From NCBI GenBank assembly GCA_054661495.1, contig BAAFSQ010000272.1, forward strand, positions 1 to 13,384: DNA of 13,384 bases, written 5' to 3'. The notes beneath the pieces are model-generated. The model was not told the origin of the DNA. It saw nothing but the letters and a program-made list of their open reading frames with translations, and did not search any database. The position numbers were made by a program, and so were the translations under genes. Positions 1 through 9,488 of this stretch are shown piece by piece (position 1 is the stretch's first letter; the number at the start of each line of letters is the position of its first letter). Origin of the DNA: Zygophlyctis sp. KS116. Lineage: Eukaryota; Fungi; Chytridiomycota.

Positions 1-770
1 CTGATAAGATGTTTCATATCATCTATTAGTAATTGATTGGTATAGAATTGGCTAGGGGGTATCTTTCTAAAACTGCAAAGAATTCCATAGTCTCCATAAA
101 AGTAATCAGTGTTAGAGTCACCTCCTTTATGATTATTAATAAGTGGAATAATCAATCTAACCGAATATCTCTTTGCAGCTGCAATCGCATTATCCATCGC
201 TACAAACGCAGCTTCATTGTAAGTTCTGAGAGAAGGTACGTGCTGTCCTCTTCCAAATCCAAGAGTATAACTCCTTACGACAGCAGCTTTGAATCCGTCC
301 ATTGTCAACATGGCATCATTTTGCTCCCAAGGATCAGGAGGGATCCAAAAATAATTGGTCGATGGGCGGTCTTCAAGCATTAGCAAGCTAGGAACATTCC
401 AAGAAACGAATCTTAGTCGGTCAGTTCCATTGTAAAGCTTAAAGCCTTTTCTTTGAACATACCCCATTTCTGTTGAGTTAGCATCAAGACTTTCCGATTG
501 GAAGTTATCCTGAATCATTAGTCTATTGTGGCGTGGCGGATCAGATTTGACTTGTGAGTTGCATGTATCGCATTGATCGGCTATAATGCAGCTTTCCATA
601 TTTTCAAAACCATATCTTTCAGTTATTTAAACGATAACTTACGCATATCCCTTCGGATCATAAGCTGGATTGGAAACTGGAAACTTACAACAAGGAAATC
701 CTGCAAAATGACATCCCTGTAGACACTTGACACTGTTGAGAACGTAGACTAAAATTGCAATTTGAAACAT
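1..770 (-). CDS. Secreted glycoside hydrolase family 5 (endo-beta-1,4-mannanase-like) with N-terminal CBM10/dockerin-like Cys-rich module; 3'-partial. Exons 770-643 and 615-<1
   Basis: ATG at 770 gives signal-peptide-like MFQIAILVYVLNSVKC, then CHFAGFPCC...YDPKGYA|YGFENMESCII across a 27-nt GT-AG intron (616-642). The frame stays open to the window edge with GH5 mannanase-type segments GYVQRKGFKLYNGTDRLRFVSWNVP, PDPWEQNDAM, VVRSYTLG and NEAAFVAMDNAIAAAKRYSVRLIIPLINN. The catalytic Glu residues lie outside the window. Confidence 0.82.
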
Positions 771-833
771 TTATTAGAGCGGCTACGTTTAAAACAAAAT
801 CAGTCCGGGCGCTGAAACAAAAGCGGCCGCTAA

Positions 834-2351
834 TCACTTGACAATCACAATAGCCAGTATACCGATCCATATCCATCTGAGTATATATTTGTACTGTTGA
901 TCGTACGCTTGATCATACTCTTTATTTTGTGAATCTGGCCCTTTTTCAACTTTGAATAGATCATCTTTTATTTCTTTGGAGGGAATTGGTTCTGATTTCT
1001 CTAACTTAGCATCTTTTGGAATTTCTTCTTCCTTTTCTTCCTTCTGCTTTTTAACAGTATCTTTAACCGACTTTTCCCCATCAATTTTTTGATCTTGTAA
1101 AATATTGTAAACAAATTCCACACTTTCAGATAACCTATAAAAGCTGTGGATTAAGGCAACCATTTCTGAACGTGTAAGTTGGTACTGGAAAGCTCTAATT
1201 AGTTAAAGAAACTAAATTACTCTTTTCCAAAAGAAAACAAAACCTTTAGAGCTGTTCCCAAACCCATAGTCTGAATTTTACCCCATAATCTACATTTTTG
1301 ACACGAAACACAATCCATTATAGCTGAAATATTTCTAAATCTGTCTCTAAATTCCAATTTAAATTCTTCTTCCTTGAACAATTCTGATTCATCAAAAGTT
1401 GTTGGGCAATCCGAAATAATTTTCATGACTTTTTTAACTAGATTTCTAGTTATTTTCCAGTCATCTGTACCATCACAAAAAGCATTCTTTTTAAGATAAG
1501 GCTCCAACTTTGAAACAGACCTGATGAGAACCAAAAATGAAAAATACATATTTTCTATCCTATCTGGATGATTGATAATCCTTTCTAAAAAGCATTCTTT
1601 ATTTATCTCCCATGTTTTAGTCTTCTCATTATACCATTCTTGACAAATATGTGCAGAGATACTTGCATGTAATCCTAATATTTACCTACTTTTACTTACC
1701 TGATATCAATTTGAAGAAGATCCTTTTTTCCTTACATTCAGAGTGAGACAAATCATTATGATGATGCATATGATAATGTTCATCCATATCAAAACAATTT
1801 TCCTCATAGATTGCCTTCCAAACCTTTACTGCAGAGTCACCATTATATCCAGTAAATCTCTCTGGATTCTTTAGTAAATTCACATAAGAGCCCCCTTGCA
1901 AATCATTATCTACCAAGCAAAAGTCCTTATCAGAGTACATACATTTCTGAAAGAGCCCAAATCCTGTACCATGAGAGAAATCCACATCATTCAATTGACT
2001 AGGAACATTCTCCTAAATCGGTTAGCTAAACGCTGAAAACGCATACATCATTCTCGACAACCACTACGCAATTATGATTAGTACAAATATTATCATCCTT
2101 CCAAAAGGGACATTCCTTAAATAAATTGACTCTGTAATATTTGAAAAATGTTGTTTGAACTAGCTCACTTAGCAATGGCCGCAATTTCTGATTCACCGTC
2201 ACCAATGCCTGTACATCGCAATAACCATCCCTGATAACTCCCTATCGTCAATAATATAAAGTACCGAAAATGTAGCTGAAGCCAATGCAGGAACCAAAGC
2301 GGCAAGCGAAAACAAAATCATAAACTCAAGCCGGAACCTGCCAATCTCCAT
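834..2351 (-). CDS. ERO1: ER oxidoreductin 1. Exons 2351(or 2321)-2265, 2241-2047, 2012-1700, 1674-1221, 1194-834
   Basis: Signal peptide MILFSLAALVPALAS; FKYYRVNLFKECPFW plus shuttle C-x4-C; YVNLLKNPERFTGY; ISG|LHASISAHIC; active site MDCVSCQKCRLWGK; LTRSEMVALI. Frames are joined by introns 2242-2264 (23 nt), 2013-2046 (34), 1675-1699 (25) and 1195-1220 (26). Confidence 0.96.
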
Positions 2352-2450
2352 TTCACTAAAAATCCGATGTAAAAAGTAATAGCATAATATCATTATCGAT
2401 TGTAGCATTAATATATTTAACTATTCCTCTAAAACATTAAATACCATTCT

Positions 2451-2729
2451 TTAGCTCCTGGGTCCTTCTCCTCCAGGGATCAGCATGCATATATGATTTC
2501 CATTTAGCAGCATTTGCTCCTTCTCAGAAGAGACATATCCGTCCGGAGTAGATTTGTATTCGACAACATCCTCTAAAACCATGTTTACATAATCATCTAT
2601 TCCAAGAAGAGTTCCAGTGAATTCAATATCATTTTTCATTAGGATCCATATTTTAGATCCAATACATTTATCAACTAGCTCTAAAATCGTTAATCAAAAT
2701 GTGGCACCTAAAGGTAAAATACTTGTCAT
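2451..2729 (-). CDS. LSM5: U6 snRNA-associated Sm-like protein LSm5. Exons 2729-2708, 2680-2451
   Basis: Spliced product MTSILPL|[39 protein letters not shown]...[15 protein letters not shown]; 27-nt intron 2681-2707. Confidence 0.96.
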
Positions 2730-2838
2730 AGTAAAAAATTAAACAAAATTTTATGAATTTTTTAGATAAATTCAAAGCATAATCATTAATTAGAACTAAA
2801 TATACGGTTATTGCTTTCTGATGATAATAAAGTTAAGT

Positions 2839-4563
2839 TTATCTAAAATTTAATTTTTGATTTCCAACAACATTTAGATTTAGTCCCAACTGTCCCTTTT
2901 GAGATAATCTTCCCTTGATTTTACCAGAATTGATTTCATTTTGGCGTTTAACTGCTCTTCTTGCTCTTGTCAATGCAACATCCGGGGGTCTATTATCATC
3001 AGAGTATCTAGGCTTAATAAATGTTGACTTTTCAGGATCAGTCTTTTTGATAATATGGTAATTAGAAGACATATTAGAGAGTGGAGGGGCTTCATAAGAT
3101 GGGCGGCGGTTTCCTTTTAAAGAAGATACGACAGAATTGGATTGAGGGATTTTGGGTAATGTTGTGGATACATTATTGTTATTTGAATTCTTTTTAACAT
3201 GATGAGAAGTTGCTGATACGTCTATTACACCATCAGGATGAATAGAGTATTTGATATTCTTAAATTCATTTCCAAAGATTGTTGCTTTTGTGGATATTCC
3301 AATTGTAGATAATGTCATTTTTGAATTCTTGTCTTCGATTTGTGGCAAAATTGTAGTCTTTATATCTGGTTCCGGATTTTTTTCAATCTTGATTTGTGTT
3401 TCCGTGTCTGGTATTTTTACTACTTTTAAGGAAGATTTGATTTTTAATGAATCAATTTGTTGAGATTGGGCTTCAGTCGTCTTAATTACACTATTTTCAT
3501 TTAATTCTGAAATCTTCAAAGTTTGACTCTCTAGTGGTATGACTTTTGGTTCCTTTGAAGAATCTTCTTTTACCATATCTCTAAAAAATAAATGGTTTAG
3601 ACAGTCTTTTGCATTTATACGATCATCAGGGTCATAGGTTAGCATTGCATTTAGAAATTCTATTCCTTCTACAGACATAGTGGGAATTAATGGACGCAAT
3701 CCACTCCCTTGTTTTGGAGGGAAATTATAATCAGAATTTAATTTTCTTGTTCTAAATTGTAAATACTAGATAAAATTTACCCTTGAAGTTTCTTTACCAA
3801 ACTTGCACTTGGAGACCCTGTGACATCATGTATCTTGTGAAGCTGATCCAACTCATTTGATCCAGGAAATAACGGAGCTTTAGTAATCATCTCATACAAG
3901 ACACATCCTGCCCCCCAAATATCCATTTTATAGTTATAAGTTCCATCACATAGTAAACATTCTGGAGCTCTATACCATCTAGTAGCAATATATTCTGTAA
4001 ATGGCTGTTTTGCATGTATACCCCTACAAGATCCAAAATCAGCCAGTTTAATATGATTTTCTTTTATAAGAATATTCTAATATTAACGCCATCTTTATAC
4101 CTCTGGTTTTATATCTCTATGAAAGATTCCTTTAGAGTGCGTATATTCAACAGCCCTCATAATCTGATAAAATAAACTCTTGGCCTTTTCTTCTGTAATC
4201 ATGATTGTCTTTCTTGACAATAATTCATAAAGATTACACTCCATCAACTCAAATGTAAGTCCTAAAATCCCAGTTTTTAAATCACTATTGTTAACATTTA
4301 ATGATTACAATATAACATCAATCAAATCAATGATATTCTCATGAGGACTTAATCTCTTGAGTGCCTGAATTTCCCTTAAATTAGCAATTTCATCTGCGCT
4401 ATTAAATCTCTTTCTGAATCTTTTCATTGCGAATATTTTCCCAGAGACTTTATGCTTGACTTTCATGACTTCAGAGAATGTCCCTTCACCCAATTTAGCC
4501 GTCATTCTAAAATCTGATTACATTTAATATTGATAAACTACCTTCTAATTTTGGAGGCTCCAT
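2839..4563 (-). CDS. MOK: MOK/RAGE (LF4-like) CMGC/RCK-family Ser/Thr kinase, a cilium-length regulator family. Exons 4563-4542, 4513-4309, 4284-4101, 4076-3781, 3751-2839
   Basis: LGEGTFSEV, NLREIQALKRLSPHENII, HRDIKPE|NILI and DFGSCRGIHAKQPFTEYIATRWYRAPECLL (TEY loop and DFGSCRG are typical of MOK); long low-complexity C-terminal tail. Introns 4514-4541 (28), 4285-4308 (24), 4077-4100 (24), 3752-3780 (29). Confidence 0.92.
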
Positions 4564-4731
4564 TTTAAAGGGGAAAGAAGGAATGACGTTTCATTCATGG
4601 TTACGTACACGCCAACCGGATGATTATCTTGATTATACAAGTATTTCGGACAAGAGATAAGAGCAGGAAATTTTTGTTGTAATTTTTTCAAGAGTACAAG
4701 AGTTTGTAGGTTAGGAACAAAGAAAAACCTC
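4564..4731. promoter_or_regulatory. Divergent intergenic region MOK/PP2C (168 nt)
   Basis: Head-to-head start codons; contains ATGACGTTT at 4583-4591. Confidence 0.6.
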
Positions 4732-5839
4732 ATGGGACAGACGCTTTCTGAACCCATAACTACAAAACATACTACTTCAGGGGAGGATGAGCGATTTGCA
4801 TTTGGCGCTAGCTGTATGCAGGGCTGGAGAATCTGTAATTTTTTTAAATTAACAAAAGCAATGGAAGATGCACATACACATTTGCTAATTTTAGATCCGA
4901 CTCAGGAACAGAAACATGCCTTCTTTGCAGTTTTTGACGGTCATGGTGGCGCTAATGTTGCAAAATATGCAGGATTGTACTTGCAGTAATTTTACTAAAT
5001 TTTAAAAAATAGCAAAAAATTAGTTGAAAGTGAACTGTATAAAGAGGGAAAATACCATGAAGCATTTAAAAAAACTTTCTTAAAGATGGATTCTGACATG
5101 TTGAATGGTAATTTTTTTGAAATTTATTCTAGATCCAAATTATTCTAAAGAAATATCTGGATGTACTGCTGTTGCAGCCTTGATTACTCATGACTCTAGA
5201 ATTATTGTTGCGAATGCTGGAGATTCTAGGGCAGTACTTTGTTCAAAAGGTGAAGCAGTTCCATTATCTTTTGATCATAAACCTAACAATGAAGGTATAT
5301 TTTAGACGGTAATATTAGAGGAATCAAATAGAATCGTAAATGCTGGTGGTTATGTAGATTATGGTCGAGTAAATGGTAATTTTAAAAAAAAAATTAAAAT
5401 TTTTATAGGAAATTTGGCCCTGTCTAGAGCCTTTGGTGACTTTGATTTCAAGAGAAACACTAATTTACCTCCAGAAGAACAAGCAGTGACATCTTATCCC
5501 GAAACTACAGAAAGAACAATTATTGATGAGGATGAATTTGTTATAGTTGCATGTGATGGGATTTGGGACTGTATGTCTAATGAAACTGCTGTTAGTTTTG
5601 TATCTCAAAAGATTTCAGAAGGTCTTGATCTTCCTCAAGTCTGTGAAGCAATGATGGACAGTTGTCTTGCAAGTTCATCTGGAATGGTTTCATTAGGATG
5701 TGATAATATGACTGTTATTATTGTTGCTATTCTAAATGGTAAAACCAAGGCAGAATGGAAACAAGGAGTAAAGTCTCGGTATGATGCTTTAGAAATGAAG
5801 CCGACTTTAAGTTTGAATTCTGGCGAAGGTGTTAATTAA
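4732..5839 (+). CDS. Protein phosphatase 2C, fungal Ptc2/Ptc3-like. Exons 4732-4834, 4859-4985, 5013-5107, 5133-5294, 5319-5375, 5409-5839
   Basis: MGQTLSEP (myristoylation-type N-terminus), [65 protein letters not shown]. Introns 4835-4858 (24), 4986-5012 (27), 5108-5132 (25), 5295-5318 (24), 5376-5408 (33). Confidence 0.96.
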
Positions 5840-5847
5840 AAATTAAT

Positions 5848-6299
5848 ATGGAATTGTCATTAAAACCCGAAGTTTGGTCATTTTTCCTTTTATGCCTTTT
5901 CTTGAGTCTTTTAGCCTTGAAATTTATCAAATTTGAAGAAATGACTTTTACCACTGATGATGGAACCAAGATATTTAGTAAGCAAGAGCTTCAAAAGCAT
6001 GATGGATCTGATCCTTCCCTTCCTCTCCTCTTGGCTATCAAGGGTAAAGTCTTTGATGTCTCCAAAAATTCCAAAATGTATACTCAAGGCTCATATGGAG
6101 TGTTTTTAGGGAAGGATGCATCTAATGCATTAGGTAAATCTTCAATAGCTCCTCAAGACTGTTATTCAGATTATTCTAAACTCGATGAAGAAGAAGTAAA
6201 TTATTTTATTTAAAAGTATAGATGAAGACGCTTGATGCATGGCTAGCTCATTATGAAAAGAAATATCCGTTCATAGGAACAGTTTCTGATTCTTTATAA
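5848..6299 (+). CDS. Cytochrome b5-like heme/steroid-binding protein (MAPR/Dap1/PGRMC family). Exons 5848(or 5941)-6195, 6222-6299
   Basis: FSKQELQKHDGSDPSLPLLLAIKGKVFDVS, YGVFLGKDAS and LDAWLAHYEKKYPFIG; 26-nt intron 6196-6221. The upstream ATG adds a hydrophobic segment; the start codon is uncertain. Confidence 0.92.
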
Positions 6300-6392
6300 T
6301 AAATGATTCACTAATAACATGCATTCCTATTTACTGATTGAATAATGCAAATGTTGGATGGTGATTCTGAGGTATCGTTTAGGAGGAGTTAC

Positions 6393-7636
6393 ATGTCGCA
6401 AACGTCATTTCTGAGTCTGTTTTCTTTCCATCTAGAGGCAAATCAGGGCAATGAGATCAAGGAACTGCTAAAGATCTCTAGGCCATTTACAAACATTATT
6501 GGCGATAAGAAAATTAATCAGTTTTTAGACTCGCCATGGGCTGAAATGGTGAATTCACATTTTAAAGTTTTGTCCCATTTGAACAATAATGATTTGGTTT
6601 CTGCTTATCAAGAACAGACACAGGTTGTCTCGTCTTTCTTACAAACGCTGTCTTCTCTTACATCTTGGTGTCTTCCGATTTTAGATGGAACATTAAGGGA
6701 TCTGATGAGTCTTGCGATTAAAGTATATTTTTTTGAAATGATTTTAGGCTGATGATGGGAAGGATAATAAAAAATTGGAAGAAACTTGTAGGCTGATGAA
6801 TAAGGCTTTTTCATATTGTGTGACTGATCGTCTCTCGGGGTATTCTGAATCTAAAAAATGGGGAGTATACTCGATGGCAAATCTATTGTTTAAAGCATAT
6901 TTTAAACTAGAATCTACAAATTTATGTACGATATTGCTAAGACCATTAGATGCGGCAGAATTACCACCTTTAGTAGAGTATCCAAAGGCGGATCAAGTGA
7001 CTTTTAGATATTATACTGGGCTCTTGGCTTTTTTAGAGGAAAGATATGAAGTCGCAGAGCAAGATTTTTCTTTTGCTTTTGCTAATTGTCCAACTCGGCG
7101 TTCAAAAGTGGCTGATAAGAACAAGATGTATTTTTTAATAATTTTAAAATATTAGGCTAATTTTGAATTATTTAATTCCTATAAAGATACTACAGGGAAT
7201 TTTACCATCTGAAAAAATGTTTGAGAGATATCCGTTATTGGGAAAATATTATGCTGATTTTACAATTGCAATTAGACAAGGTAATCTGCATCTTTTTGAC
7301 TCTACTTTTTCAAAATTGCAAAAGCCTTTGATAGCTTTGGGGACTTGGTTGACTATTGAAAAGGCTAGAAGCTTGGTCATTAGAACTCTTTTAAGAAAAA
7401 TGTAGTTTTTTTAGAATTTAAGTACTAGATGGATTTTACAGGACAAGAGTAGTCGAATATCGTTTTCTGTATTTAAAAGTGGGTTGGAATTTTCTTCCCG
7501 GACAAAATTAGAGATGTCACAAGTAGAATGTTTATTAGCTTGCGCAATTGATTTTGGGCATATGAAGGGATATCTTAGTCACGAAAAACTCATGTCTGTT
7601 TTATCAAAGGATAACGCATTTAAAAAGATATGTTGA
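6393..7636 (+). CDS. PCI-domain protein PCID2/CSN12/Thp1-like. Exons 6393(or 6345)-6722, 6748-7127, 7156-7401, 7429-7636
   Basis: SKKWGVYSMANLLFKAYFKL, VTFRYYTG, NKMLILNYLIPIK, AIRQGNL and VECLLA...GHMKGYLSHEK...LSKDNAF. Introns 6723-6747 (25), 7128-7155 (28), 7402-7428 (27). Confidence 0.92.
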
Positions 7637-7669
7637 AATAGCATGAATCATGCGATTGCAGAAAATAAA

Positions 7670-8801
7670 TCATTTAGACCCTTTATTTGGTTGTAATTTT
7701 TTTAAGGCTTCTTTCCCTTCAAGAACAATTTCCAACTTTTTGAATTTTTCAGAAATCATTATAGATTGATTTTGAATTTTAAGATCAAGATAAAGCTCGA
7801 TTTCCCTCTTTGCAATATCTGACTTGGATTGAATTACTTTGATAACATTTTGCGAGTCAATGTCCGATTGAACAAAATGCGATTCTATTCGGGGTAATTC
7901 TGATTTATCCATCTCTTGAATTGGTGCCAATAAATCCATTTCGGCTATTTCTACATGTGAATCATTTATTCAATACCTTGCTGCTTCAAAAGACAGGTAC
8001 GCTTTTCATCTTCAACGGCTAATCTTGCATCTTCCTCTTCACGCAATTTGATCTTTAGTAATCTAGCCTAATTCTTAATCCATAAATTCCCACCTCCTCT
8101 TCCTCAATTGCTTTTTGTCGTTTGTCTGCTTGTTGTTTACACCAATCTTCATATTTTTCATTTGGGATAGCCTCATTCAGGGGCTGAGAAATAATCGGAA
8201 GCCTAATTTGTCTTTTAAGACTTGTAATAGTTTGTGCTTGAGATTTTGTAAATGTCCAAGTGATTAATTTGATATGTTGAGCATATCTAATGATTACTAC
8301 TGCCAAATTACATTGTCCGAAAATAATCAATCATCCTCTGCAGATCAATATCTAAAAATATTTTGCTTGATCTTAAATTCTGTAATAATTCTGATTTAAA
8401 TATATCTATACATTTTAGCGCTCCAGATCCTTTTCCTTGTTTTATAGAGTCTACGTTTAGATCCTGGAAAATACCAAAATATGAGATATGCGTTTTTTTA
8501 AGAATTGTTACCCAAATCTTCAATTGACTACAAGAAAATCCTATTTTAAATCCAAATTTCAATGCATCCAAAAATATCTCTAAAAGAATCTTTCCACGAA
8601 AGCAATCATCTTCCAATTTACTATTATAGACTTCATCCAAAGATTCTAAAGGAATCTCTAAAAACTCTTTTAAAATATCTCTAAAAACTTTATCGGATCA
8701 TCTTACAATAGATTCTCATCGTCCCCCTCCTTCAAAAAGTACATGATCAAATCAGCCTCAAGCGGGGACAGTGTCCTAAAATTAAGACTAGAACAACTCA
8801 T
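7670..8801 (-). CDS. Probable flagellar C1a-32/CLAMP-domain protein (CFAP119/C8orf74-like) with a charged coiled-coil C-terminus. Exons 8801-8707, 8680-8475, 8450-8312, 8286-8094, 8067-7977, 7950-7670
   Basis: A continuous spliced ORF via introns 8681-8706 (26), 8451-8474 (24, in-frame and less certain), 8287-8311 (25), 8068-8093 (26) and 7951-7976 (26). LLEIFLDALKFGFKIGFSCSQL and MIDYFRTIYAQHIKLITWTF resemble recalled CLAMP-family motifs; the family call is by eye. Confidence 0.68.
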
Positions 8802-8846
8802 ATCAAGACTCGGAAGTTTATAGGAGAAATCTAGATTTATTAAAAC

Positions 8847-9244
8847 TTAATCAAAGAGACCTATGGCATTAAAAAAACAAATATTTACCAAAGCCCATAT
8901 CATCATCAGATTCTTCTTTAACTTCTTCCTTCTTCTTTTCTTCCTTTGGAGCAGCAGCGGCAGCACCTCCAGCAGCAGGAGCAGCAGCACCACCGGCAGC
9001 AGGAGCAGAACCAGCTAAAACATTTAATTTAAAGTAAAATACCAGATGATCCAACATTGAAGAGGAAAGATCCAATGTCCTTTCCAGCCAAAGCTTTAGC
9101 GAAAAGCGATGGCCAGATTGGTTCAATTTCAATTTCTGCAGCAGAGATAAGAGCAGAGATCTTATCGGCAGTAATTTCTACCCCATCATCATGTAGAATA
9201 AGGGCAGCGTAGACACAAGCGGCTTCAGAAGTAGACATAGACAT
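8847..9244 (-). CDS. RPP1: 60S acidic ribosomal protein P1. Exons 9244(or 9238)-9043, 9014-8889, 8860-8847
   Basis: [40 protein letters not shown], an Ala/Gly hinge, and [13 protein letters not shown]. Introns 9015-9042 (28) and 8861-8888 (28). Confidence 0.97.
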
Positions 9245-9488
9245 ATCGAATGCAAAATTTAACTCGGTTGAGAGCGAAACGATTTTCTGAAGAAAAAAAT
9301 GCGCCACCCACTTTACTTGACCTCGGGTATCTCCTTGAACTACTCTTTCGCTTAGCACTGAACCAGACAGCAATGGCAACACTCAAACATAAGCATCCCC
9401 TCTGATTCAACCCACCATTGAGATTAAGAAAGACAATGGGATCAAGAGGAAATTTTTACCAAATTTGATCTTATCTGAAATCCTTTAA
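9245..9488. promoter_or_regulatory. Divergent intergenic region RPP1/ZCCHC9 (244 nt)
   Basis: Head-to-head start codons; GC-enriched core at 9301-9420. Confidence 0.6.

Noticed and set aside
33-383. 116-aa plus-strand ORF (likewise 3251-3463, 6608-6814, 11168-11359)
   Set aside because: These are antisense shadows of well-supported genes (GH5, MOK, PCID2, ARS2) and have no recognisable motifs.
685-876. Short same-strand alternative-frame or spacer ORFs (also 4545-4757, 9225-9410, 10591-10797, 12631-12987)
   Set aside because: They overlap real genes out of frame or span promoters, and show no family features.
1675-1699. Internal AG|GT suggesting recursive splicing in ERO1 intron 3
   Set aside because: It would need 14- and 11-nt pieces, far below the observed minimum of 23 nt.
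4596-4604. RFX X-box-like half sites (CATGGTTAC here; ATGGCAAC at 9373-9380)
   Set aside because: These are half sites only; none is seen upstream of CFAP141 or the CLAMP-like gene, and one lies beside non-ciliary genes.
6302-6371. Possible C/D snoRNA (ATGATT...CTGA...CTGA) between MAPR and PCID2
   Set aside because: Box C is non-consensus, there is no terminal stem, and I recognised no convincing rRNA guide.
8948-9014. GCA/GGA-rich quasi-repeat
   Set aside because: It encodes the normal Ala/Gly/Pro hinge of ribosomal protein P1.
9378-9400. GGGGATGCTTATGTTTGAGTGTT (minus strand) resembling the 3' end of 5.8S rRNA
   Set aside because: The similarity is short and gapped, with no other 5.8S, ITS or LSU sequence around it.
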